Source: an uncultured bacterium (lineage in GTDB: Bacteria > Acidobacteriota > Thermoanaerobaculia > Multivoradales > JAHZIX01). Taken from it: a stretch of 64,000 bases of DNA. Below the pieces are notes generated by a model that did not search any database, was not told the DNA's origin, and saw only the letters and a list, made by a program, of their open reading frames with translations. The stretch spans positions 288,001-352,000 of the forward strand of contig CBDUPA010000004.1 in assembly GCA_965368975.1 (NCBI GenBank), written 5' to 3'. Position numbers and translations under genes: made by a program. This document shows, one piece after another, positions 9,466-18,875 of the stretch. Position 1 is the stretch's first letter; every line of letters starts with the position of its first letter.

Positions 9466-10844
9466 GAGTTTTTTCCCGGGTATGAGCGCCCCGCCTCGGC
9501 TGCGCGCCAGGTGGGAAAGCGCAGCAAGAGCACCGCGAACGGGAGCCAGATCGCCAGGTAGATCCAGGGCCACAGCTCGATGCCGGCGTTCTGCAGCACG
9601 GGTAGCTGAGGCAGGTAGGACAACGGTAGCAAGAAAGACAGCGCGAGCCAGGCCTGCTGGCGGCACAGCGCCGCCCACGGGAGCACCCACAGCAGGTACC
9701 AGGGGTAGACGGTGGCCGAGCACAGCAGCAGGCCGCCGAAAAGCCAGCCGGTGGCGGCTACGGGATCGTCGAACCAAGGAGGCTTGCGCCGCAACGGCCA
9801 GGGGGTCAGGGTGCGCAGCAACAACAGGCCCATGACCCCGGCGAGCAGCAACTTGGCGAGCAGTTGCGGATAGTTGAAGGGGTAGAGGCGATTCCAGGCG
9901 TTGTGGTGGCCGGTGAGCTGTTTCATGCCGTCGAGCGTTGCCTCGACAGCAGCCGGTATGTGTAGGGCGTCGAGCAAGCGCCACAGGGGCTCGAACAGTG
10001 GACCGTTGAATTCCCAGGAGACGCCGTAGATCAGCAAGCCGGGGGGCACGCCGCCGACGCTGAGAAGCAACGGCAGCAGGCCGGCGGTGAGCGCCAGCAC
10101 GGCGGCGGCCAGGAACCACCGTGACCGCCCGCTCTGCCGGCTCCACATCGGAATCAGCGGTGCCGGAGCCAGCTTGGCGAGCACGCCGGCTGCCGCCGCG
10201 ATACCGGCGAGCCCCACGAGTCGCACTCTGCGGCCGAGGCGCGCGTCCCGACTCGCTTGCAGCAGAGCCACGGTGGCAGCGACCGCGAAGACGCCGAGCG
10301 CGTCGACGTGGCCCATACCGGAGACTTCCAAACTGACGAGGGGGTTCCACGCGTACCACCGGATACGGTTCAGCGGCAAGCCACGTCGCCGTGCGATGTA
10401 CACTAAGAGCATGCAGGTGCCGAGGTCGCACAGCGTCAACAGCACCCTGAGCACCCACAGCTCTGCCTCGGAATCCGCACGACCTGCAGTGGAGAATCCC
10501 TCCGCGGAGGCCGCAACGGTGAACATGGCCATGGCCAGCGGTGGGTAGACTGTCGGGACGTGCTGGTGGTGCAGGCGCTGCCACAAGGCGTCCAGTGATG
10601 GATCCTGCCGCAGCGGCGCCAGAGCCGGATCTTCCGGCGCCAGCAGGTACGGGTTGTAGCCCTCGACCACCAACCGTCCGTCCCACAAGTAGCGCAGAAT
10701 GTCGTTGGAGAGCAGCGTCGGGTCCAGGCTCAGGGCCAGCAGACGCAGCACTGCCGCGACGCCGAGCAAGAGGAAGAGCCGCGAACGCAATGCAGTGGAT
10801 GATGCCCGAGGCGAATCTGGAACTGGGGGCTGTGGTGCTGGCAC
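9462..10844 (-). CDS. Polytopic GT-C membrane glycosyltransferase (GT87/DUF2029-like); start uncertain (GTG 10844 or TTG 10790)
   Basis: LSNDILRYLWDG, GYNPY, TVYPP, YAWNPL, GHVD, WEFNG and TVYPWY; many TM helices. Confidence 0.8.
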   Translation of the reverse strand: MPAPQPPVPDSPRASSTALRSRLFLLLGVAAVLRLLALSLDPTLLSNDILRYLWDGRLVVEGYNPYLLAPEDPALAPLRQDPSLDALWQRLHHQHVPTVYPPLAMAMFTVAASAEGFSTAGRADSEAELWVLRVLLTLCDLGTCMLLVYIARRRGLPLNRIRWYAWNPLVSLEVSGMGHVDALGVFAVAATVALLQASRDARLGRRVRLVGLAGIAAAAGVLAKLAPAPLIPMWSRQSGRSRWFLAAAVLALTAGLLPLLLSVGGVPPGLLIYGVSWEFNGPLFEPLWRLLDALHIPAAVEATLDGMKQLTGHHNAWNRLYPFNYPQLLAKLLLAGVMGLLLLRTLTPWPLRRKPPWFDDPVAATGWLFGGLLLCSATVYPWYLLWVLPWAALCRQQAWLALSFLLPLSYLPQLPVLQNAGIELWPWIYLAIWLPFAVLLLRFPTWRAAEAGRSYPGKNS

Positions 10845-12313
10845 TGTATTACTTGGTGCTCGGCGTGCTGTCGCTCTACGGCGTGCACCGGTCCTACCTG
10901 GTGTGGCTGTATCTGCGGCATCGGCACCGCCGGGTCGAGCTGCCACCGCAGCCCGCCGAGTGGCCGAAAGTGACGGTGCAGCTGCCACTTTACAACGAGA
11001 TGTACGTCGCAGAGCGCCTGATCGATGCCGTCTGTGCGCTGCAATATCCGACAGACCGGTTGCAGATCCAGGTGCTCGACGATTCGACCGACGAGACCCG
11101 TGACATCGTCGCGGCATGCGTCGCCCGGCATCGGCAGTGTGGCGTCGACATCGAGCATCTGCACCGTCGGGATCGCGAGGGCTACAAAGCGGGAGCGCTG
11201 GAGGCTGGCCTGGACACAGCCAGCGGTGAGCTGATCGCGGTGTTCGACGCCGACTTCGTGCCGACGTCCGACTTCCTGCAAGTCACGGTGCCGTACTTCC
11301 AGGACGCCGAGATCGGTATGGTACAGGCACGCTGGGAGCACCTGAATCGGGAATCGGGTCTGCTGACCCGCGTTCAGGCGATCTTTCTCGACGGCCACTT
11401 CCTCATCGAGCACACGGCGCGCAATCGTGAGGGTTGTTTCTTCAACTTCAACGGTACCGCTGGGATCTGGCGTCGCCGAGCGATCGAAGAGGCCGGCGGC
11501 TGGCAGCATGACACGCTGACCGAAGACCTCGACTTGAGCTACCGCGCGCAGCTGGCGGGCTGGCGCTTCCTGTACTTGCCAGATCTTGCGGTGCCGTCGG
11601 AGCTTCCCGCGGACATCCGGGGCTTCAAGAGTCAGCAGCACCGCTGGGCCAAAGGCTCGGTGCAGACCGGTCGCAAGTTGGTCTGGCGGGTGCTGCGTGC
11701 GTCGCTGCCTTGGCGCGTCAAATCCGAGGCGTTGGTGCACCTGACCAACAACGGTGCTTATCTGCTGATGTTGTTGCTGTCTTTGTTGGTGTTTCCGGCC
11801 ATGTACCTGCGCCGGGGACAGTCGCTGGACGTGCTGCTGTGGATCGATCTGCCACTCTTCGTCGCCGCGACGGGTTCGGTTCTTCTCTTCTACATGGTCA
11901 GCCAGATGGCGCGCGGAGACGGCTGGGCTCGGCGACTGTGGCAGCTGCCGTCGCTGATGGGAATCGGGATCGGCCTGTCCGTGAACAACTCGCGAGCCGT
12001 GGTCGGCGGCTTGTTCCAGCGCGGCGGAGTGTTCCATCGCACGCCCAAGTATCGCTTGCAGGACGGTAGCAGCGGCGCTGCATCGGGAGTTGTGCCCAAG
12101 GCGCCGGTGCAGTACCGAGCTCGGCGCAACGTGTCGGAGTGGGTCGAAGGGTTGCTCGCGCTCTATCTCACCGCCTGCTGCGTCGCGGCTATCTACTATC
12201 AGATGTGGTTCTCGTTGCCGTTCCTCTTTCTCTTCTGGCAGGGCTACTGCTACATGTTCGCGCTCTCTCTGCGAGGTGCGAGGCCGGTGTTGCCCGCCCG
12301 AGTACCAGCTTAG
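10790..12313 (+). CDS. Processive GT2 glycosyltransferase (cellulose synthase-like)
   Basis: VQLPLYNE, DDSTD, GYKAGAL, FDAD, FNGTAG, TEDLDL and QQHRW (D,D,D,QxxRW); start at one of the ATGs 10790-10802. Confidence 0.93.
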   Translation: MQWMMPEANLELGAVVLALYYLVLGVLSLYGVHRSYLVWLYLRHRHRRVELPPQPAEWPKVTVQLPLYNEMYVAERLIDAVCALQYPTDRLQIQVLDDSTDETRDIVAACVARHRQCGVDIEHLHRRDREGYKAGALEAGLDTASGELIAVFDADFVPTSDFLQVTVPYFQDAEIGMVQARWEHLNRESGLLTRVQAIFLDGHFLIEHTARNREGCFFNFNGTAGIWRRRAIEEAGGWQHDTLTEDLDLSYRAQLAGWRFLYLPDLAVPSELPADIRGFKSQQHRWAKGSVQTGRKLVWRVLRASLPWRVKSEALVHLTNNGAYLLMLLLSLLVFPAMYLRRGQSLDVLLWIDLPLFVAATGSVLLFYMVSQMARGDGWARRLWQLPSLMGIGIGLSVNNSRAVVGGLFQRGGVFHRTPKYRLQDGSSGAASGVVPKAPVQYRARRNVSEWVEGLLALYLTACCVAAIYYQMWFSLPFLFLFWQGYCYMFALSLRGARPVLPARVPA

Positions 12314-12444
12314 TCCCCGCCAGTCCGCTTACAAGAAAGCCAGCCGTGCACAAGAAAGCCGCCCGAGACCAGGTGGGCGGCGATGAGGAGAGGAGAATCG
12401 ACCTTCGGAGGGCGTCGGTCAGAAGGTCGGGTCGGAGGATTACG

Positions 12445-13527
12445 TTAGAAGGTGGGTAACTGTCCAGTGACTCGTTGGGTCTGGGGCTGCGCCCCGGTGT
12501 TGCGTACGAACTGGGTGACCGCGCCAGCGATCTCGTCTTGCTCGTAGACGCACAGATCCTCGGTCATGTCGGTGCTGAAGAGTGTCGCGCGGCGTTCGCC
12601 TGCGCCGAACCAGGTGCCGCCGGATTGCCAGCTGTAGTCGGTACAGCCGCCTTCGACGCTGAACGGTTGAAAGAACGAGGTCTTGCACTGTCCCGCCTGG
12701 AAGCCGACGCGGTTGCCGGCGAAGGCTAGGTTCAGTTCACGGCGCGCCGTCTCAGTCGCCTGTCCGCGCTCGAAGATGAAGCGACCATCCGAGTTACGGG
12801 CGTCGCGGATCACCAGGCCATCGCGGAAGATGAAGGCATCGTCGACAAAACCGCCGTCGCCGCAGTCGGTGTCTTCCTGCAGTGTGTTGTGCACCACGTA
12901 GAGGAACTGGTCATCCGCGCGCTGGATCACTGGTGGCGTTATGGGTGGGGCGAACAAGCCGCGGACGAAATTCCACGCGGTGTGAGTGATGTCGAGTACT
13001 TCGTCGCTGCACCGAGTGCCAAAATTGTCGGTGACGTTAGCGTTTCCGAGCACCATGTGGTTGCTGCGGTTACCCTTGAGTCCGAACCAGCTGAAGGTGC
13101 CCCACTGTCCGATCTCGTCAGACGGCAGATCAATACCCGGGGCGATACTCGCGAAGACGTCGCAGGCTCCTTCCAAGGTCGCCACGCGAGTCGCCGCGAG
13201 TTCTTGGTGGAGGAAGGCCAGCCCACCGGGGCCGAGATCGTGACGGAATATCGTCAGGGTGCCGTCCGGAGCTGTGTTGAAGAGGACCACCAAGCCGTCT
13301 CGGAACACCGCGGCCAGGGCTTCGCCGGTGCCTTCAGGGTAGGCACGTACCTCGTGTAGACGTAGCAGCAGCCGCTCGCCTTGCGGCGCAGCATCGGCGA
13401 CCGTTGGAGTCACGGCAGGCGTTGGCGCGAGAGACGTGGCGCGAGCGTCGCTGGTAGGCGTGAGCAGGAGGGTGGTAGTCAGCAGGGCGGTCAGTGACGA
13501 CAGCAGGCGACGGGTAGACATGGGCAT
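12445..13527 (-). CDS. Secreted hypothetical protein with internal two-fold repeat (paralog A)
   Basis: Signal peptide (RRLLSSLTALLTTTLLL); strong similarity to the neighbouring ORF 13674-14843; start could be 13536, 13527 or 13521. Confidence 0.8.
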   Translation of the reverse strand: MPMSTRRLLSSLTALLTTTLLLTPTSDARATSLAPTPAVTPTVADAAPQGERLLLRLHEVRAYPEGTGEALAAVFRDGLVVLFNTAPDGTLTIFRHDLGPGGLAFLHQELAATRVATLEGACDVFASIAPGIDLPSDEIGQWGTFSWFGLKGNRSNHMVLGNANVTDNFGTRCSDEVLDITHTAWNFVRGLFAPPITPPVIQRADDQFLYVVHNTLQEDTDCGDGGFVDDAFIFRDGLVIRDARNSDGRFIFERGQATETARRELNLAFAGNRVGFQAGQCKTSFFQPFSVEGGCTDYSWQSGGTWFGAGERRATLFSTDMTEDLCVYEQDEIAGAVTQFVRNTGAQPQTQRVTGQLPTF

Positions 13528-13599
13528 TGTCCTCAAGCGTTTCAGGGGTTATGCAATGGGCATCTGTCATGCAGAGCCTGTTTACTGAGCTTTTGGACT

Positions 13600-13628
13600 A
13601 TGTTATTTGGCCATAATGACGGTGTCAA
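13600..13628 (-). promoter_or_regulatory. Sigma70-type promoter for paralog A
   Basis: Minus strand TTGACA-17 bp-TAACAT. Confidence 0.65.
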
Positions 13629-13673
13629 GTCTACGTTGGACAATGTGCAGAGACAGCATGCGGAGAAGGGACC

Positions 13674-14843
13674 TCAGCGGTCGGGCAAGTAGCCGGTGAC
13701 GTGGTGCGTACGGTCCTGGGCGCCGGTGTTGCGCAGGAGTTGCGTGACGGCACCGGCGATCTCTTTCTGTTCGAAGGTGCAGCGTCGCACGGACGCTTGT
13801 GACCCGTAGAGGGTCGAGCGCCGATTCTTGGCGCCGTACCAGGTGGCGCCGGACTGCCAGGTGTAGTCGCCGCAACCGCCGCTGACGGTGAAAGGTTGGA
13901 AGAACCAGACCTTGCACTCGCCACCCTGGAACCCCACCCGGTTGGTTGTCAGCGCCGTGTTGAGTTCGCGCAAGGCGGTACCGGTCGCCTGGCCGCGCAT
14001 CAGGCCGTAGCCGCCGCTGTAGGCCTGCGCGTTGCGGATCACCAGACCATCACGGAAGACGAGGTAGTCGTCGATGAAGCCATCGTCGCCACAGACGGGA
14101 TCTTCCTGGAAGCTGTTCTGCACCAAGTAGAGCACTTCGTCGTCGGCTCGGTTCAGCTGGGGGGGCGTGACCGGCGGATCGAGGGGACGTTGAATCAGGC
14201 CCGAGACTCTCAGGCTCAGCGACGTCAGGTCGTCGCTGCAGATGTTGCCGAAGTTGTCGGCGACATCGCTATAGCCGAAGCGCAAGTGGTTGCTGCGGCT
14301 CCGGTTGCCGAACCAGCTGAGGACACCGCTGCGGCCGGTGGCACCGTGGGGCAGGTCGAAGGCGGGGGCCAGCGTCCAGGGCAGGTCACAGTCGGCCAGC
14401 TGCATGCCGATCTGAACCCGGCGCAGCTCGCGGTGCAGGTCGGCGAGGTCTGTGGGCCGTGCATGGGCCCGGAAGACGCTGAGCTTGCCGCTCGGCGTCG
14501 TGTTGAAGAGCACGGTCAGGCCGTCGCGGAAGACGAACGCGAGCACTTCGCCGACGCCGTTCGGGTAGGTGACGGTTTCGTGGACGCGCAGCAGGAAGCC
14601 TTCGGCTGGATCCGGCTGCTTGTCCTCGTCAGGGTCACCGAAGTCCTTTGCGCCAGCGCCGGAAAGGTCGTCTTGCCAGCTCTGGGCCGTGGCGGGAGCC
14701 ACGCCGGTGGCCAGCAGGACCGCGAGCAGCAACAGGCTGGAGACGAAGATGTTCGGGCGGTGCGTGAGCATGCGGTGGAGCCTCTCTGCTGGTGAGTCCG
14801 CGGAGTGAGTCGTGGTCGTCGAGGAGCGATGGTCCTGTGACAT
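13674..14843 (-). CDS. Secreted hypothetical protein with internal two-fold repeat (paralog B)
   Basis: Signal peptide (SLLLLAVLLATGVAPATAQ); shares FRDGL, NRSNH, DNFG, QEDxxCGDxGF, NRVGFQ, FFQPF and EIAGAVTQ with paralog A; start may be internal. Confidence 0.8.
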   Translation of the reverse strand: MSQDHRSSTTTTHSADSPAERLHRMLTHRPNIFVSSLLLLAVLLATGVAPATAQSWQDDLSGAGAKDFGDPDEDKQPDPAEGFLLRVHETVTYPNGVGEVLAFVFRDGLTVLFNTTPSGKLSVFRAHARPTDLADLHRELRRVQIGMQLADCDLPWTLAPAFDLPHGATGRSGVLSWFGNRSRSNHLRFGYSDVADNFGNICSDDLTSLSLRVSGLIQRPLDPPVTPPQLNRADDEVLYLVQNSFQEDPVCGDDGFIDDYLVFRDGLVIRNAQAYSGGYGLMRGQATGTALRELNTALTTNRVGFQGGECKVWFFQPFTVSGGCGDYTWQSGATWYGAKNRRSTLYGSQASVRRCTFEQKEIAGAVTQLLRNTGAQDRTHHVTGYLPDR

Positions 14844-14872
14844 GGAGCCTGGTGGCTCGAAATTCAGTGTTT

Positions 14873-14901
14873 ATGCTATTAGGGCATGGGCGATGTGTCA
14901 A
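14873..14901 (-). promoter_or_regulatory. Sigma70-type promoter for paralog B
   Basis: Minus strand TTGACA-17 bp-TAGCAT. Confidence 0.65.
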
Positions 14902-14954
14902 GCGCTCGTGGTCGATACAATCCGCGGCAGGAAGGGCCATTTCGAGGAGGATCT

Positions 14955-17507
14955 GTGACCCGAGGCTTCATCTATCAGTCCGGCTACCGCATCGAATACA
15001 TCCAGGGTGCCAAGCGGCCCATTGTCCAGCTCTTCGGCCGTCTGGAGAGCGGTGAGACGTTCCTGGTGCGCGACGATCGCGACGTGCCCACCTTCTACGT
15101 GCGGTGCCAGGACGAGGAACGGGCACGCCGTCTGGGTGCGTCGCCGCTGGCCGCCACCGAGCTGCGCACTCTGGGCGACGGCGACGAGGCGCTCCGTGTC
15201 GAGGTGCCGGTGCCACCGGAAACACCGCCACTGCGCGACCGCTTGCATGGCATGGGAATTCCGACCTGGGAGGCCGACGTGCGCTTCGCCATGCGTCATC
15301 TCATGCAGCGGGGTCTGCGCGGCAGCGCCGAGATCCACGGCGAGGCGCGGCCGGGGCCGTTCGCCGCCGAAGGCGGTGCGCAATTGTTGTTCGTCAATCC
15401 CGACCTGCGCCCCGCCGAGTGGGCGCCCGAGCCGCGTGTGTTGTCTCTCGACATCGAGACCGACCCAGCGCACCGACGTCTGCTCTCGATCGCACTCTAT
15501 GGTTGCGGCGCCGAAGAAGTTTTACTGTTGACACCGCCCGATCAAGGCTTCCGCGACACCGTAGCCTGCCCCGAGGGAGCCATTGCCTGCCGCGACGCGC
15601 GTGAACTGCTGCAATGTTTCGCCCGGCGGGTACGCGAACTCGACCCGGACGTCCTTACCGGCTGGAGTGTCGTCGACTTCGACCTCACTGTGCTCGCCGA
15701 TGCCGCGCAGCACCTGGGGGTGCCGCTGGAACTGGGACGCGCCCCTGGTGCTCTGCAGGTGCGTCCCGGCCGCTCGCGCTTCGAGCCGTCGCAGGTACGC
15801 CTGCCGGGCCGCGTCGTGCTGGATGGTCCGGCCCTGCTCCGCGGTGCCTTCATCCGCATGGAGCGTTACTCACTCGACTTCGTGGCGCGCGAGGTGCTGG
15901 GAGAAGGGAAAGTCTTCGGAGGACAACACGGCAGCAGTCAAGGGGGTGGCCGCCAGCACGTCGACGAGATTCTGCGCACCTTCGAGCACGACCGGGAACG
16001 CTTCGTCGCCTACAACCTCACCGATGCTCGCCTGGTGATCGACATTCTCGAGCGTCTCGGTCTGGTGCGCTTGGCCGTCCAGCGTAGCCTGCTGACCGGC
16101 ATGCCCATGGACCGAGTCTCCAGCTCCGTCGCTGCCTTCGATTTCCTGTACATGACGGCTCTACATCGTCGCGGATGGGTGGCACCTTCGGTGCAAGCGC
16201 CGTTGCCAGTGCACTCCGGTGCGCAGGAATCACCCTGGACTTCGTCGGACGCCGACCCGTCGGAGCAGGAGGCTGACGAGGACTTCGCCGCTATAGATTC
16301 CGCGACCGTGCCCCCGGTACCGACGACGACCACCGTCACCACCGGTGGTTACGTGCTCGAACCTGAGCCGGGTCTCTACCGCTACGTCCTGGTGCTCGAC
16401 TTCCAGAGCCTGTATCCGAGCCTGATCCGTACCTTCCAGATCGATCCCGCGGGTTTCCTGGCGGCTCCGAGTGAACAGGACGATCCTATCGTCGCCCCCA
16501 ACGGTGCCGCCTTCCGCCGTGGCGAAGGCATCCTGCCTGCCCTGCTCGACGACCTGATGCCGCGCCGCCAGGCTGCCAAGCAGGCCGGGGACAAGGTCGC
16601 CAGCCAGGCGATCAAGATCTTGATGAACTCGTTCTACGGGGTCCTCGGTACTTCCTCCTGCCGCTTCCACAATCCCGCCATCGCCAACGCCATCACGAGC
16701 TTCGGCCGCGAGCTGCTGCTGTGGTCCAAGGCGCGGATCGAGGGCTACGGCTACCGTGTACTCTATGGCGATACCGACAGTCTCTTCGTCGCCACCGGTG
16801 TCGAGGAGCCGGACGAGGCGAAGGGAGCCCGCGAAGCTCGCGCCCTCGGTGCCGACATCGCCGCCCGTCTGACCGCCGACTTGGCCGAGCACATCCAGGT
16901 GACTTGGGGTGTGGAGAGCCGGTTGCAGATGGAGTTCGAGCACCTCTACCTGCGCCTGCTGCTGCCCTCCATGCGCGGGTCCAGCGCTGGCGCCCGCAAG
17001 CGCTATGCTGGACTGGTGCAGGACGACGCCTCTGAGATCGGCGAGCCACAGGTCGTGTTCACCGGTATGGAAGTCGTGCGTCGCGACTGGACGGACCTGG
17101 CGCGCGGGGTGCAACGCCAACTCTACGAGCGCCTGTTCCATGATCGCCCCGTGGACGACTACCTGGCCCGTGTGGTCGAGGAGCTGCGGGCCGGCGAGCA
17201 CGACGCCGAGCTGATCTACCGCAAGTCGTTGCGTAAGGATCTGAGCGAGTACGCTGCCTCCAGCCCGCAGGTCGTCGCCGCCCGCAAGCTGCGTCGTAAG
17301 CCGGGTCGTCGCATCGCCTACGTCATCACCAAGCGTGGCCCTGAACCCGTCGACGAGCAGGGGCCGAAGCTGGATATTCCTGGTGACCTCGACCACGAGC
17401 ACTACGTCGAGAAGCAGATTCGGCCTGTCGCCGAGCCGGTGCTCGAACAGTTGGGGCTGGACTTCGCCAAGGTCATCGGCGACGATCGGCAGCTGGAACT
17501 CTTCTAG
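14955..17507 (+). CDS. polB: DNA polymerase II (family B)
   Basis: GAGGAGG RBS then GTG 14955; Exo I DIET, DFQSLYPS, KILMNSFYG, YGDTDS and KRYAG; C-terminal clamp-binding motif QLELF. Confidence 0.95.
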   Translation: MTRGFIYQSGYRIEYIQGAKRPIVQLFGRLESGETFLVRDDRDVPTFYVRCQDEERARRLGASPLAATELRTLGDGDEALRVEVPVPPETPPLRDRLHGMGIPTWEADVRFAMRHLMQRGLRGSAEIHGEARPGPFAAEGGAQLLFVNPDLRPAEWAPEPRVLSLDIETDPAHRRLLSIALYGCGAEEVLLLTPPDQGFRDTVACPEGAIACRDARELLQCFARRVRELDPDVLTGWSVVDFDLTVLADAAQHLGVPLELGRAPGALQVRPGRSRFEPSQVRLPGRVVLDGPALLRGAFIRMERYSLDFVAREVLGEGKVFGGQHGSSQGGGRQHVDEILRTFEHDRERFVAYNLTDARLVIDILERLGLVRLAVQRSLLTGMPMDRVSSSVAAFDFLYMTALHRRGWVAPSVQAPLPVHSGAQESPWTSSDADPSEQEADEDFAAIDSATVPPVPTTTTVTTGGYVLEPEPGLYRYVLVLDFQSLYPSLIRTFQIDPAGFLAAPSEQDDPIVAPNGAAFRRGEGILPALLDDLMPRRQAAKQAGDKVASQAIKILMNSFYGVLGTSSCRFHNPAIANAITSFGRELLLWSKARIEGYGYRVLYGDTDSLFVATGVEEPDEAKGAREARALGADIAARLTADLAEHIQVTWGVESRLQMEFEHLYLRLLLPSMRGSSAGARKRYAGLVQDDASEIGEPQVVFTGMEVVRRDWTDLARGVQRQLYERLFHDRPVDDYLARVVEELRAGEHDAELIYRKSLRKDLSEYAASSPQVVAARKLRRKPGRRIAYVITKRGPEPVDEQGPKLDIPGDLDHEHYVEKQIRPVAEPVLEQLGLDFAKVIGDDRQLELF

Positions 17508-17537
17508 CTGCCCGCCCATAGCGCCCGACCCAGAGAT

Positions 17538-18401
17538 ATGCCCGGCACCCTCTACCTCGTCGCCACGCCGATCGGCAACCCCGCCGACCTGAGCCCGCGT
17601 GCTCGCTCGATTCTCGACAGCGTCCACGTGATCGCCGCTGAGGACACCCGCATCGCGCGCACGCTCTTCCAACGCACCGGCCTCTCTGCAGCGGGCCAGG
17701 GGCGGGGTGAGCGTTCCTTGTTGAGCTACCACGATCACAACGAAGAAGGCCGCACGCCGCAGCTGCTAGAGCGCTTGGAGAACGGCGACGATATTGCCCT
17801 GATTTCGGATGCCGGCACCCCGCTGGTCAGTGACCCAGGCTTCACCCTGCTACGCGCCGCTTTGGATGCCGGGATCTCTGTCGTTCCCATCCCCGGTCCC
17901 TGCGCTGCCGTCACCGCACTCTCCGTCGCTGGCTTGCCGCCGGACCGCTTTGCTGTCCTCGGCTTCCCACCGCGCAAGGGCGGCAATCGTCGAGCCTGGT
18001 TCGACGAGCTGAAGCAGCTGCCTCTCACGCTCGTCTTCTACGAGTCCCCGCACCGTATCGTGGGAACCTTGGAAGATGCGCTACAGGTCCTCGGCGACCG
18101 GCCAGCCGCGCTCGCGCGCAGTCTGACCAAGGATGACGAGGAGGTTCTGCGTGGCTCGTTGAGCGAGTTGATCGCGCGGTTGCGGCAGCGATTGGAGACG
18201 CAGGAGCGTATCTACGGTGAACTCACCGTCGTGGTGTCTGGCGGTGAGAAGGTGCCGGCCTCGCAGGAGGCGGTGGATCGGGCGATCCGGCGCTTGTTGG
18301 CAGAAGGGCTGAGCGTCAAGCAAGTGCGCGACGTCGTCGCGGACCTGTACGAGTTACCGCGGCGCGAGGTGTATCAGCGAGTGTTGGAACTGCGGGACTG
18401 A
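17538..18401 (+). CDS. rsmI: 16S rRNA C1402 2'-O-methyltransferase
   Basis: LYLVATPIGN, AEDTR, SDAGTPLVSDPG and FYESPHR. Confidence 0.96.
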   Translation: MPGTLYLVATPIGNPADLSPRARSILDSVHVIAAEDTRIARTLFQRTGLSAAGQGRGERSLLSYHDHNEEGRTPQLLERLENGDDIALISDAGTPLVSDPGFTLLRAALDAGISVVPIPGPCAAVTALSVAGLPPDRFAVLGFPPRKGGNRRAWFDELKQLPLTLVFYESPHRIVGTLEDALQVLGDRPAALARSLTKDDEEVLRGSLSELIARLRQRLETQERIYGELTVVVSGGEKVPASQEAVDRAIRRLLAEGLSVKQVRDVVADLYELPRREVYQRVLELRD

Positions 18402-18531
18402 ACCGCGACGGCTGCTGGGTCTTCGAACCCGTTTGACAGGATGCTGATCCAGTTGCGGGAAGAGGTCGGTCGGGACTGCTGAATCCTCTGTCTGTGCTGT
18501 GAAAGGTCGACAACTGGCAAGGGAGATGGCT

Positions 18532-18562
18532 CGCGGCCTACGCCGACGAAGCGTAGGCCGCG
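18532..18562. terminator. GC-rich hairpin between convergent rsmI and peptide genes (probable terminator)
   Basis: Perfect 12-bp stem CGCGGCCTACGC/GCGTAGGCCGCG with 7-nt loop; no clear U tract. Confidence 0.55.
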
Positions 18563-18586
18563 CATCCCCGTAGGGAGGGCGAACTG

Positions 18587-18766
18587 TCAGTAGACTGTGC
18601 AGGTCAGGCACAGAGAAATGTTGGTTCTCGGACAGCCTTGGCTGGTTGTGCAGGCTTCGGTGACGATGCCTCCACGGGCGACCTCGAGTTCGGTCGCATC
18701 GAAGTTCTGCAGAGCCGTGATAGTGGTCTTCTTCAGCTGCAGCCTACGGGTGATTCTCTTCTTCAT
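18587..18766 (-). CDS. Putative lanthipeptide-like RiPP precursor 1 (59 aa)
   Basis: GAGGAGA RBS; MKKRITRRLQLKKTTITALQNFDATELEVARGG-IVTEACTTSQGCPRTNISLCLTCTVY; core has 4 Cys and 8 Ser/Thr. Confidence 0.8.
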   Translation of the reverse strand: MKKRITRRLQLKKTTITALQNFDATELEVARGGIVTEACTTSQGCPRTNISLCLTCTVY

Positions 18767-18875
18767 CGGTGTCTCCTCTCTGGTTCGGATGGGCTGAACT
18801 TCAACTCGGGGATCTACCGAGTGATCGCTCGGTGTGTAGGAGCGGCAAATGTCTGTTGAATATTTCTGGGGGAAG

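Noticed and set aside
8590-10686. Long N-terminal extensions or fusions in the ORF track (truA, fmt 54472, ABC ATPase 23316, Bat membrane protein 50350)
   Set aside because: The extensions are alternative-frame read-through over neighbouring genes; real starts coincide with the stops of upstream genes.
14955-17507. Casposon, pipolin or phage origin of the family B polymerase
   Set aside because: A cellular Pol II type with a clamp motif, next to rsmI, with no integrase, Cas1 or terminal repeats.
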